Source: Intoshia linei
Lineage: Eukaryota > Animalia > Orthonectida
NCBI GenBank assembly: GCA_001642005.1
Contig: LWCA01000046.1
Span: 3,874-67,873, forward strand
Direction of reading: 5' to 3'
DNA: 64,000 bases
Under the pieces are notes generated by a model. It worked only from the letters and a program-made list of their open reading frames with translations. It had not been told where the DNA came from and searched no databases. Each line of letters opens with the position of its first letter. Position 1 is the stretch's first letter. This document shows, piece by piece, positions 1 through 12,500 of this stretch. A program made the translations under genes and the position numbers.

Positions 1-956
1 AGAGTTATAATGTTCTATCTGCATTTTTGTCAAAAATGAAGTTTGTAATGAAAAATGTTTTAAATCATATCTTTTACATTTTTACCAAAAAAATTAAGCT
101 AGAAAACGTATTATTTTATGATATAACGAACATTTACTGGTTCTATCCTATTTAATTTAGTTTAGTTATGAAGTTTATTTTTTTGCGTTAACTAGATATC
201 CCTACAAATCAAAGTTAAAATTGAATCTAAAGAAACAACTAATTTTGCATCAAATACAAACTATATTATACAGTGAGTAAATTATAATGTTATGGTAATT
301 TGGTGGCACTATTTGGTGAATAAATTATGATAATTTTATTTTCTTTGAAATAAATTTTTCTATATAAGCATTTCAATACGTAAATTTATGTTGAAGCTGT
401 AAGTGAATAGACAATATATGCCTGAAAATTAAGATATAAACATAAGATATATAATCATACGCTGAGATATGAATCATCATGCAGCTTATTACTGTACTAA
501 CTGGTAATTAGAAATAATAAATTCAATAATTATGAAATAAAGTTATAATCATATTAAAGTCGCTCAATGTATTTTTGGTTCAGTGTAGTTTTCACAATCG
601 ATAAATATTAAAAAACTAAATTGTATAATTAAATGTCAACATAAAAATTATATTTTAGGCAATGTAGTACTTTTAAACTTTAAAGTCGATTTATGAAAAA
701 TTATGTTTTATGCAAATAGTACATTATAACACTGCGAACTGTTAATAATTAACAGTTGCTTTTTATTTGGATGTCAGCGTTGTTTGGTATTATCAGCTCA
801 GAGCTGCTATCAATAACAAATCGACCATCCCTGTTTATTGGTACAAAGTAAGATTTTGATGAATGTTGTGAAGATAATAAACTACTTTGCAGTCATTTTT
901 ATCAATCTTTATTTATTAAAATAATTTTAAATCATGGAAACAAAATATTAACAAAA

Positions 957-3799
957 ATGATAAAAAGTTTATTTAATAAAAATTTCGTGCGTGGATCGAT
1001 ACAACCTCCAAAGTGGGTTAAAAATGTAAAAAAAGATAAAAAATATTATAAACGAATTGATTACGGCATACCTGTAATAAATGACTACGAGCACACGGAA
1101 ATGTTGGAATTTAATAAAAAAATGAAAGGTAAATAATTATTTTTGTCAATTATAACATATCCATAACATGGTCCATGAAATAACTGTTTAACTGCACATA
1201 TTGTGGAAATTAATTCATCTAAACCAGTTGTGGCATGCTAATTTTGAGATAATATTCAAAAATTATTTTTTGGTGTGTTTTTCAATAAAAAAATTGTTAC
1301 TGAGACTTCCAATTGAAACTAAAGCTAAATTTCTTACATATATGAAAGAAATAGAGTAATTTTTTATTATATTTTTCAATGGAATGAATACTGTCCATTC
1401 AGAAAGCTTGTAAATTTTGATTACAATTGTATACGCAAGTGAACCATATTTAATCATGGATTTTATTTTTTTTAAATTAATAATATATTACCTGTATCAA
1501 AAATGGTGACAATAAAAATAATATCAAAATCTTGATAATTGTAATATTGTCATCTGTGTTAAAAATATTAATATGGCGCGAATAACAATAATACCAAAAC
1601 CTTCATAGTTGTGATAGTAGATATTTTTTTCAAGATTTAAAATACAAAATCATATATTAGACGGAATGGGGTTGTCGAATATTTGACATGGCTGCTGTAA
1701 ATTTATTTATATTAGAGCGTTTATTAAAAAATGAAAAACTTGGAAACTGTATTGGTCCAAATCAATCAAATTTCAAAAACAGAAAATGTATAGATTATTT
1801 TTCGATGGCAAAACTGCACAACATATATAAAGATTTATTCAACAACGACTTTTTCTATAATTTAGAAGATTTTGTACCATATTTTCGTGTCAACGATGAT
1901 AAATATCCTGTTTATTATGGCAATATTATTCCGTGCAACTTGGTAATTATAAAATTTAAATTATTTCAACGTCGATTTAAAATATAAAATAAAAGAAAAA
2001 TTGGAATTTATTACATTTAGACCACAAAACAACCCACTGTAGATATAAAACCAAATCAAATTGTTCAAATAGTCTCACCAGATGGCAATATTTTTCAAGG
2101 AGGAGAATACTTGCATTCGCTTGTGTATTCATAGTTTAGTCATGTCATGCATGTAGTGTATTTTAGAAGCGATAAAACTATTCATGTTTCTTACATTCCT
2201 CCATTTCCAGCTAGAGGCTTTGGGTTTTGTCGTTATGTATTGTTATTATATGAATACAATGAAAAATCGGATATTTCAGGATATGTGGATGAATTTGTTT
2301 CAAAGTAATATATCAAAGTTGTGATTCAACATTTTAGTTATAATCATAACTTGATCGCGGTTTGGCATGTGACATTATTTCAAATTATTAGTTTTTTCAT
2401 AATTATCAAAGCATTATATAAACTATTGTGTTGTAACTTCAAAATTTAATAAATACAAGAATTTAATAGAATCTAGGAACCATCGAATAGAGAATGCTGA
2501 TTTTGATTAAATTATTTTTTAATATAATTGGATAATTCCATTTTAGAGAACCAAAAAGCAGAAAATTTATATCTCATCACTTTATTAACAACGTCAAAGG
2601 TCTTAAACCCATTGCATTATCATTTTTTCAATCTCAACATGATAGTTCTGTTAAGAATGTTTATTACAATATTTTGGGTAAATAGATTTAAAATATGTGC
2701 AGTAGGGTGTGCACTTTTTACACTTTTGTTTAAATTTAAAAAAGTATATTTTACTGAGGTTTGGAAATGTAATTTAGAACATCATTATCCAAAAAAATTT
2801 TAAAAATGCTGCAATTTTATCAACCAATTTTTTTTTGTTCATCTTTTTTATAAACTATAAATAAGAACTTTATAATAGTTTATTTTTGTATATAATATTT
2901 ATGCAATGATAAATGTATTAAAAAAGTGCACTTTGATGTGCAGTATTCTTTCTCTTTGGCAATGTCGACTTGATATAATTTATCGAAATAGTCAAGGAGT
3001 AGCCAACAAACTACATATATAATAATAAATACATTAGGGACAGATTAAGCGGGGCACTTATTCCAAAATGAGTAATATAAAACATACATTTTTTAAAATC
3101 ATAAACATTATAATTCGAAAATCAAAAACTATATACTTTCACAATGAGACCGGCTTACTTTTTTAAAAACAAAAATGGTCCTACACTGTATAGCAATGTT
3201 TGTGTTACCGCAGTGAAATAGTATTTTTATGAATTAACACTGCGTGTTATATACTTCATATGCAGTACTTTGAAAATATAGAAATGCTAAAAAAATTCAA
3301 ATGTTAGCACAGGCAGTGTTAAGGGGTATCAAAGTAGAAAAAGGTTAAGGGAACCCATGATGACTACTCAACTGATGAATTTTAGAGATAATACTTTACA
3401 TTAAATATCATGACACGAAATGAAACTAAAAATTTATTCACTAGATACGAAACAACCAATTTTTAAATATCAAGGAGATATAAATTACGTTGAACAAATC
3501 AACCCTTACGAATTTGGTGTTGCGTTTGATGAGTAAATTTTAATTTAAAACTTGACACCAATTTTCCATGAATATAGAAAACCTTTAGATACTTGGATCA
3601 GTATCAGAGTAAAGAAGATTTGGACGAAAGAATATTTAAGGAGAAGATGTCAGAAATATCTCCATTCTATTCAGATTATGTAAAAAATCCTTTGAAATAT
3701 CCTTTGGTGCACAAACTCAAAGAAAGTGGCTCGTCTTGGTTAAAAACCAAACGACAACATCAAATTAATGGAACGAGTGTATATTTCAATCGGAATTAA
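957..3799 (+). CDS. MRPL38: Mitochondrial ribosomal protein mL38 (PEBP fold), 7 exons: 957-1128, 1716-1942, 2021-2124, 2167-2303, 2547-2677, 3445-3532, 3589-3799
   Basis: Manual GT-AG splicing gives one open frame containing IDYGIP, IYKDLF, PVYYGNII, SPDGNIFQGGEYLHSL, YIPPFPARGFG, LSFFQSQHDSSV and YLDQY. These are collinear with mL38 motifs (IDIGLP, YRDLF, PVYCGNEV, EYLHW, YLPPFPARGSG, LSFFQCRWDDSV, YLDRY). It also has a C-terminal extension like the insect protein. Confidence 0.93.
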
Positions 3800-4284
3800 A
3801 CTATTATTATGTACACTAGGACCTAGTGACTAGCGTGTCAATTATTCTAGAAACTTAGGTGTGTATTCAAAATATTTAATGATTTAAAATCACTTGGTCA
3901 AAAGGTTGATCCTGATATTTTTAAAAAAAATTAGAATGGAACAATATTTCATCAGCAACTGTTTCACAAGTTTAATACGCCAATTAATGTGCTATTCGTA
4001 TTTCCAATGAGTTTTTTTTGGAAATTTTTTTGTATCAAATTAAGCATGGTTCCAGTTTTTTAATTTTGTGTCTTCGATCTTATTTACGAACGTTAGGTGT
4101 ATAGAGTTTTAAAAATATAATATATAATGCAGTTTTTCGAGGATTAGGATTCAGAAATTTAGTTTTTCAAGGTAAAAACACCAAATTCCCCATCCTATTT
4201 TTAAATATAAAACGACACCTATAATTTTTTTTAAATTTTAGTAATAGTATTTTAAAAAAATAATGAATTTTCAGTTTTCGTTCA

Positions 4285-4772
4285 TCTTAACTTATTTAAT
4301 ATGGTACGCGCTTTTTGTTTGTGTGTGTTCCACTTTATTGAAATAACTAACAGTCTTAGAATTATAAAAAGTCCACATTTCAATTACAGTTTTTTCCGGG
4401 ACGTATAATAAGATAAATTTCAACCTTTCAAATTCACATCTTACGGGTCAAAAACCTCAGTTGTCCCTCTTTTTGAAAATCAAACGACTTTAAATTAAAT
4501 ATAATTTAAAAATAGTTTTTCAGGGCCAAAACCACAAATTACCCTTTTTTTTTTAATGAAAACAGCCCTATAATTTCAAAAAATTTACAGGTTGTACAGT
4601 TGTACCTTGTTAACACACACAGAAAATTTCAATTCGAATAAGTGACGACTTCACAGTCAAAAAAGCATTTTAGTATTCATATTTTACGTGAATTTACTTT
4701 TTAAGTATAATAAAAATGTGCTCTCGGCAGAGCTTGGTCCTATTTGTACGTAGTACATAACAGTCAACCTAG
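4285..4772 (+). mobile_element. Non-autonomous Helitron, apparently complete copy
   Basis: A|TC 5' end; 3' hairpins GCTCT-CGGC-AGAGC and TGTAC-GTA-GTACA followed by CTAG|T; no TSD; body repeated many times in the window. Confidence 0.75.
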
Positions 4773-5410
4773 TATTAATATAAAATAATATTTGAATTTT
4801 AATAGAAACTACATTTGTAGTATCATTAAAAGGAGATAATTAAATTTGTTAAGGGTTAACAAAAAATAGGTTATTAATTACTTTTTGTAGACATGAAATT
4901 TTTATTGTATTTTAAAATTCAGTTTCAATTAATTCTGGCGTAATCCTAGTTCTCCAAATAGATGTGATTAACCTCACTGCAGAAAATTTATTTTTAAATG
5001 AATATATTTCAAATGTTATTAATAATAACTTATATTATAAAAGGTGTATAAAAACTAAGCAAGCTCTCCTTTTAATTTTTTGAATATACATTCTTGACAA
5101 TACTAGTTCTACTGTGATACATAAAATTGTATTTTGCATGATCCAGATCGAAAGCTGATCATTTAATTATATTACTAATATATTTTTAAAAAATCAATGA
5201 AAGTGAACATTGTTACATGTCATCTATCAAGTTTATTTTATATGCAATTTTGTCTAGTCAAATATAAACTTTAAAATATGCATTTTTAATTTTTTTATTA
5301 GATTGTAGATATAACTTCACCATATTAACCCCTACACCCATAAAATATTCAATTAAGTGTCTATATTAGTTTTTGTATAATTTAATGTAAAGAAACCAAA
5401 GTGTCTAAGG

Positions 5411-6267
5411 CAGTGGTTCTCAACCCGTGTTCCGCGAAACTTAATTGGGGTTCCGTGAAATATAAATGCGATATTTATCAATTTAAAGTTTTTCTAAATT
5501 ACTGTTGTATGCAATGAAACAACATCATTTCCAAATTTAAATCAAAAAAGTATTATACGTGGTGTGTATTTGTTGTGTGTACGTTGTGAGTATGGGAACC
5601 TGAAAAATGATGTTTAAAAGTAATAATTCAGATTATCTTTATGAGAAATATTGTAAAGAAGGTGGGTTTTTACTGGTCCAATTTTCTTAAATAATTTAAA
5701 TAACTTACTTACCTCTTTGTAATGGTATTTAACTGAAAAGTTATCTCTCATGCTTCTTAGTAGTGTGAGGGAGGCAACTGGTTTTACCGGCTAAATTCCG
5801 TGTGTTCCTTACTCCTTGTGGGGAGATGGGGGATCTTGGCAAAGAGCGTTATTAACTCTTCAAAAAAAGGACTTTAAAAAATTTAGGATGTTACTTAGAA
5901 GAGTACCATCCACCACTGATAATCAAACCTCGAAGAGGGTAGGATTAGGGGTTTCCCGGGAAATTGTGAGTATTTAAATTTTGGTGACGAACAAGCTTTC
6001 CAAGTATAAATAAAATAGATTTTTTTAATTAGAAAGTTATAAGAAAATTGAAAAGAAAAAGCTCTTAGATATATTTTAAGAACCATTCTCATTGAGAAGG
6101 AAATATAAATTTATGTTTTCAATATTTGAAGCGTAATTTTTTAATTAAAAATCAAATTATTTTATATATGCGACATGCGAAAAAAAATTTTGATCATGCT
6201 TTTAGGTACCGCGACTTTTGGCAATTTCATAAGGGTTCTACACAGTAAAAAAAGTTGAGAAACACTG
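5411..6267. mobile_element. hAT (Buster/Charlie-type) non-autonomous element
   Basis: TIRs CAGTGGTTCTCAAC / GTTGAGAAACACTG; perfect 8-bp TSD GTCTAAGG at 5403-5410 and 6268-6275, with TA at positions 4-5 as in Buster-group targets. Confidence 0.88.
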
Positions 6268-6507
6268 GTCTAAGGGTTAAATAACTCCGTACTTTTTAAA
6301 AAATTAAACACACTAGTTTACACTTGCAAATTCCGGTAAAGAAAATATGCTTTGGATGCCTAAAATTTCAAAAAATTGGATGCGATATTATAAATTTGTT
6401 ACGCTTTCCATAAAGGGTTGCCTTACTTAAAAGGAGGTTACTAGGGTTGCATGATTTGAAATGTAAATATCAATAAAATTAGTACAATTTATTCACAAAA
6501 AAGTATA

Positions 6508-9500
6508 CTATAAACGCTTTGCAAGGTGGCGATCCTTCATCTAAAATAAATACATTATTAACCATTACTAAATTCTCGATAATATCCATTTTTGAACATT
6601 ACACACAGTACAATTATACCATTGAATAGTATCCATACAGTACATTGTACGGTAAGTTCAGGGGGAAATGTTTTAATCCGTTTGATACTGGATTTGTAAT
6701 TCAGAATAAAGTGTAAATTACCACGTTCGGTGAGTTTGATTTTGTTCCTAAAATAAATTAAATGAAAATAGCCGAGTACGCTCGAAAAAAAACAATCTCA
6801 AATGAATAACAATGAACAAAGTGACAATTAAATAAATTGAAATTTATAAAATGCAGATTGTGCTATGCACTGTATAGTAACTACACAGAGCTGGAGGAAT
6901 ACATCAACCTCTCAAAGCCCCTAATCACATGTTCATCGGACTCAACTTAAAAGTTTTGATATTTTGAATTTGACATAAAATAAATTTCATTTCATGCTCA
7001 ATTTGGAAAAATGAGGCTAGCATTTTGCAAATTTTTTTGAGGCATCCGAAGAGGTCTCTTGTACAGTAGCTACCAATTTAAATCAGTCCATTATTTTTCA
7101 ACGTATTGCCTATTCTCATCAACATTACAGTACATACCACAACCAGTTAATTCCAACCACCTTAGCCTTATAATTTCAGCTTCAACTTGATAACCATTCA
7201 TTTAAATCAAGGATGGGAAACCTACGCCCGTGAACTGATTTAAAGCGGTCCGCTTGCTTTTATTTTAAATTTTTTTATATTTGTTAATCATCTTTCATTT
7301 TACTAAATACTAATAGTGAGTAGTAGGGTTGGCAATCGATAAAATGTTTGGGTAAAATTAGTTTTATCGGTAAATTCTTTTTTAAATTTATAACGTTAAA
7401 TCCTTACTTATATAAAGTAATTTATTTAAAAGGTATGTCTGTTTAATTATTTTTTTGTTTCAGTTTATTTAAGAAAGTCAGAGGAGTTGAATTTTAAAAA
7501 TGAATATTTATATTACAGTTTTTCGAGAGTGATGTTTTATCGCAAATTTTATTTTTATTATTAAAAATTTCGCGAATTATATAAAAAATACACAATCTGA
7601 TAAAAATTTTAAAATCATCTACATTATCATAAATCGCAAACACAAAAAAGTGCATTTTCACGATCCATTCACAGATTACTCTTTTTTAAAAAAAAGTAGT
7701 TGATACAGATCCAGATAACACAAAAACTATTAAACACATCAATAGATTAATTATCAATTTCGAAAGACAAATAATGAGAACTGGTAATGTAAACATGATA
7801 TAGCCTCACTGAAAAGTATTAAACCTACAATTGTAAGTCAGAATTGTATTTTATGCTGTCGATAATATAATTACTAAATTTCGACTAAGAATATCCGCAG
7901 ATGTTAATAATAAATTGACATTTTTAAAATACTATTTCAAAAAATAAAATAAATTAGTTTTGTCCTTTCAAAAAAAAAAACCGGTCAAAATAAAATGTAT
8001 CGGTAATTTATAAGTTAAAATGTATTCGGTAAATTGCCAACCTTAGTGGATACTAATTATCTCATTTAATGAATTAATTCTCAAAGGTTAATTGTTTGAT
8101 GAAAAAAATTTTTTGATAAGATAGAAAGGTTTTTAAATAATAAGTAAAGAGAGCATAACAGAATCATTAATATCGTGTGGTAAAATGAATGTTATTATTT
8201 AAATTTTTAATGTGTCCTGAGTCAGTAACTAGACCTCCAAATTATGAGAATCTACCATCCGTCCGTTACCATGATAAGGTTTCCCACCCGATTTAAATGA
8301 TGACACTTCACTAAAATTGGTAATTTTTCGAGGTAGTTTAATTATTACTATCATCGTGATCTTTAAATCTTTTAGGACCGACGAGCATGTTAGGCTACTA
8401 AAATAGTATCATAATAACAATTGACAAACCTTTTCAACTTTGCGTTTTTTTTCTAAAGGTTAAATAAAGTTCGAACAATGTTAAACATACTATCAGAAAT
8501 GTCGATATTTTCCATATCAAAATTTTTATTTAATCCATCCGATGCGAGATCCTTCATTTCCAACTTTTTATTGGTCAATTTAGCGATATCGTCAATTTTG
8601 GAATTTTTTTTAGAATTGTAATTATCTCCATCCCTGTCTCTTTGATCAATGCTTTTGGATTTTCTATTATGCACAGACGAGGGAGTTTTACTTTGTTTCC
8701 GAGACATTCTATCATTGTAGGTTGTAATAGGCGATATTGCTATGATATTTAAATTTAAAATGTTAACCAATAACAGTACAAGGTTTTTTCAATTTGTTGG
8801 TATCCGAGGGTTTATCTTTATCAGTCTAAAATTAACGTTGGATTTTCACTTTGATTTTAACAATGCTACCTTTGGAGACAATGTTCCGTTGACACGCTTT
8901 GTTCCAGAAAACGTTGATTGAGAAACCCAGTCCTTTCGATTTGACTTTATTCTTCCTGTATATCTAGGTTATCGTTATATGAATATCGCAAGTTTTTGGA
9001 GTTACCCTAACGCTAAAAGATGTAAATCAGGGCGTTTTTCTTTTTCTTCTGTGCAAACAGTTTCTAGTCGTTTAATTAAAGCGTCCCCCAAAGTTTTTAT
9101 CTTTGGATAGCTTTCAGAAATCTAAATAATTATATACGTTTGTTATTTTTCAACTTTAACTATAATTACTTTAACTAACCTATTCAAATAAAAACACAAA
9201 AAGGATTTTTAACAGTAATTATGTATCATCACATCGTATAATACTGTTGATTTAACCTGTACCAAGAAGCTGAAACAGCAGAAATTTAAAATTAGATAAC
9301 AGAAAAGCGTTTGGACCATACAAAATATTCGAAAAAATAAACCTTAATAAGAACAATAAGACAATTTCTAATTTGAACAAAGCTTTCACTTTCCAAACAA
9401 ATAGCAAAGGACTAAATGAAACTTAAAATGACAATAATAAAAAAATACCCGAGCAAGCATATGTTGCCACTTGTAGCAAACTTGTTTATAATTTTCGTAT

Positions 9501-12500
9501 TTAAGGGGACTGGCTTTCGAAACGGATTGAATATTATTAGATCGTCTGAAAATTGTAATAAAACCAGGATACCCATCACACTCCTAAAAGAAATAAGATA
9601 CAATAATATCGTTTTTTACTTGATTATAAATAGTTTCACTAGAATGCCACCGCAGAATAATGAGTAGACACTCATTTAGAAATCTACCATATCGGTGAGC
9701 TTCATTTTCAGAAAAAGAAGATATTTGATATCGTATATCTGAAAATATCTAAAAATTGAAATAGAATTAAAATCAACATCATATCTCCTTAAGTTGTATA
9801 ATAATGAATGTCTGTGTTTTCTGTTTCATTTTACCTGATCAATTAAAAGATCACATTAAATAGTCTTAGAATTTAAAAAAAATTATCTCTGAGATCTCAA
9901 ATTTCATTCCCAGAAATGGTAGACTTCAGAACCAAAAATACAAATTAGAGCAATAATTAACATCATCGTAAATTTCAATGTCAGAATTTACATCTAAATG
10001 ACCAAAACAATAGATTACCCGATTTTTTGAAATGAAAAGAGTAATAAAATTCATGAATTTCCAGTTAACACAAAAAATTACTCGATCATAAATAATAAGT
10101 GAAGGAAAATCGTTAGCTTTGGACAAGTGTAATTCTTTAATAAAATTAGCACAGTAAATGGAATCAATGGCTGTTTTAGTACATCTAGAAAAAATACAAT
10201 TTTGCAAAAAAGAGGAAGCAATAAGATGTTTGGTCCCTTCTAAAAAAAAATAATATTTAAATATAAATGTAATTGACTTCCAGGAATCCACAAATCCTTA
10301 TTCAATGTCAACCAAGATTTTACACATCGAGTTACCAAATTTTCTATATTCAACTCCTCAGCAATTTTATCAGTAAATGTAGTTAATCTCTCCTTTTCAC
10401 GTTTACGTTTATAAGATGACTAAACAAGAATCATGCGACAAAAATAATAAATAGTTACTGATATTCGGTCTTCATCTATAGCACCAAGTTGAGTGGATAT
10501 AATAGAATTTAATTTTTTGTAAGATTGATTGGGTGTCATTATTTCACTAGCCGTCATTATCCAAAAAGTTATATACAATAATGGTCTAAAATACATTTTT
10601 TTAAATATACAAATTTTCAATACGTCATTTCTGTCCAATTATCACAAGAAATGGCTTCAGAGGAATCTGAAACAATAGCCGTCAAACTTTCATTTATAAA
10701 TTCAATTATATTGTCAGACTTGACATCCTTAAAATTTAAATATTAGTTTGATTAATAATTATAATCAATTTGAAATAAAATTTTAGATAATTTGATTAAA
10801 TTACTTTGTCCTCCATTGTAATTTGATTCTTGCATTCGTTCTATTAAAAATTAAAATTTCAAATATAAATGTAAATACCCGTAGAGCGCTCGTAAATCGT
10901 TTTCTACCCAACAAGAAACAAAATTCACTGGGCATGTCATACTTTTTGTATAATTCTGTAATAGATGGCATGAACGTCTTATGTTCTGATAAAGATAGTC
11001 TTAATTCCAAAAACATTGTAAATTGAATGAGTGTGTCTTGACACTAAAAATTAAAGTAATATTGAGTTTTTTTAAATTACAACTCAACAAATCTTATCAA
11101 CAAGATAATATATCAAATTAATTTTGACCGAGAAAGCGTAAATTTCTGGAGTTGAAATTTTTTGTTTTAATATTATAGTTACTTATTTTATAAAACGTAA
11201 ATAAAAAAAATGAATACCAAAGTGCTTTTTTTACCAATAAGGCATTACTTTATGAGATTAAAAATTTTTCTGTGTGTCAACTGGAAATAACTAATATTAT
11301 TTTTAATTTCTAGGACTATTTTTATTTTTTAAAAAAGGGGTAGGTTAAAATCTAAGATTTTGATCGTGAAAAAATACTTTTTTAAGGTTACCATTAATGA
11401 TGATGCTTATGGTTTTAAAAACCACCTAAAATTTATGTTTTATAAAATTTTACGACATTATCCAAAAAATTAATTAAAATAGGAAAATTTAACCAAAAAT
11501 GCTACCATTCACTATTATCAATCATTTAAAGGAGTGGTTCCAAACTTGTTACACGTGTAACCGTCATATCACATTACCTTTTAATTTAAATTATTCCACG
11601 TTAAATTTATTTTGTTAACGTTTGTGTAAAAAATTTAAAAAAAAATTGTTATCCCATTTTTTTAATTTATGATTTACATTTACAGAAAGTGTGTGTATTA
11701 TTATACACACTGTGTACATTATTAAAAATAAAATAAAAACAGTCCAATTCTAAAAATTGTCATAAACAGCATAAATTCCAGAAAAAATAAAATTGTAAAA
11801 ACCTATTTTGTCATTTTCAACGTAATAATATATATTCAGTACAAATTATGTATCTACAATTAACGGAATCAGCAATTTATAAACATATTTCAGGTGAATT
11901 TAACCAATATTGCAAAGCATTGTAATAAATATAAAAATGATAATAACAAAGTTGTAATACTTTTAGTAATTCGTCAATTTTTTTTAATAAAAGTTTCGAA
12001 ATAAAAAAAATATTGATTAAAGTACTTTTTTGACTTTGAAGGCGTCACTTATTCAAATTAATTTTTTGAGTGTCTTAACAGCATACAACTGTACCATCTG
12101 TAATTTTTTTAAATTCTAGGGTTGTTTTCATTAAAAAAAAATGTTAATGTGGGGTTTTGATCGTGAAAATTAATTTATTTAATGTTTCAATTTATAATAC
12201 TGTTCATAATTTTGAAAAATATCCCAGAATTTATGTTTAAAAAAAGTTTAAGAGATGTTTCATTTTTAAAACAACGGGTAATTTGTGGTTTTGACCATGA
12301 AGGTATGCGTTTCTGAGGCTGAGATTAACGACAATATTAATAATTTTAAAATGCGTTTGAGAAAGTACGTTTTATTAAATTTTTGAGTTTAATTTTTTTA
12401 AACAAAAGGGAAAATGGGGTTTTTGACCCTGACTCAAATTCTGAAACTGAAAAATGCATAAAAACACGTCGTAGGAAAAACTTTATTAGAAATTGGGTGT

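Noticed and set aside
750-1457. Short minus-strand frames (about 750-890 and 1263-1457) as a gene overlapping MRPL38
   Set aside because: No recognisable motif and no consistent splice path.
6960-7200. Minus-strand coding-like stretch ([21 protein letters not shown]...)
   Set aside because: It has several stops and no identifiable family; probably transposon debris.
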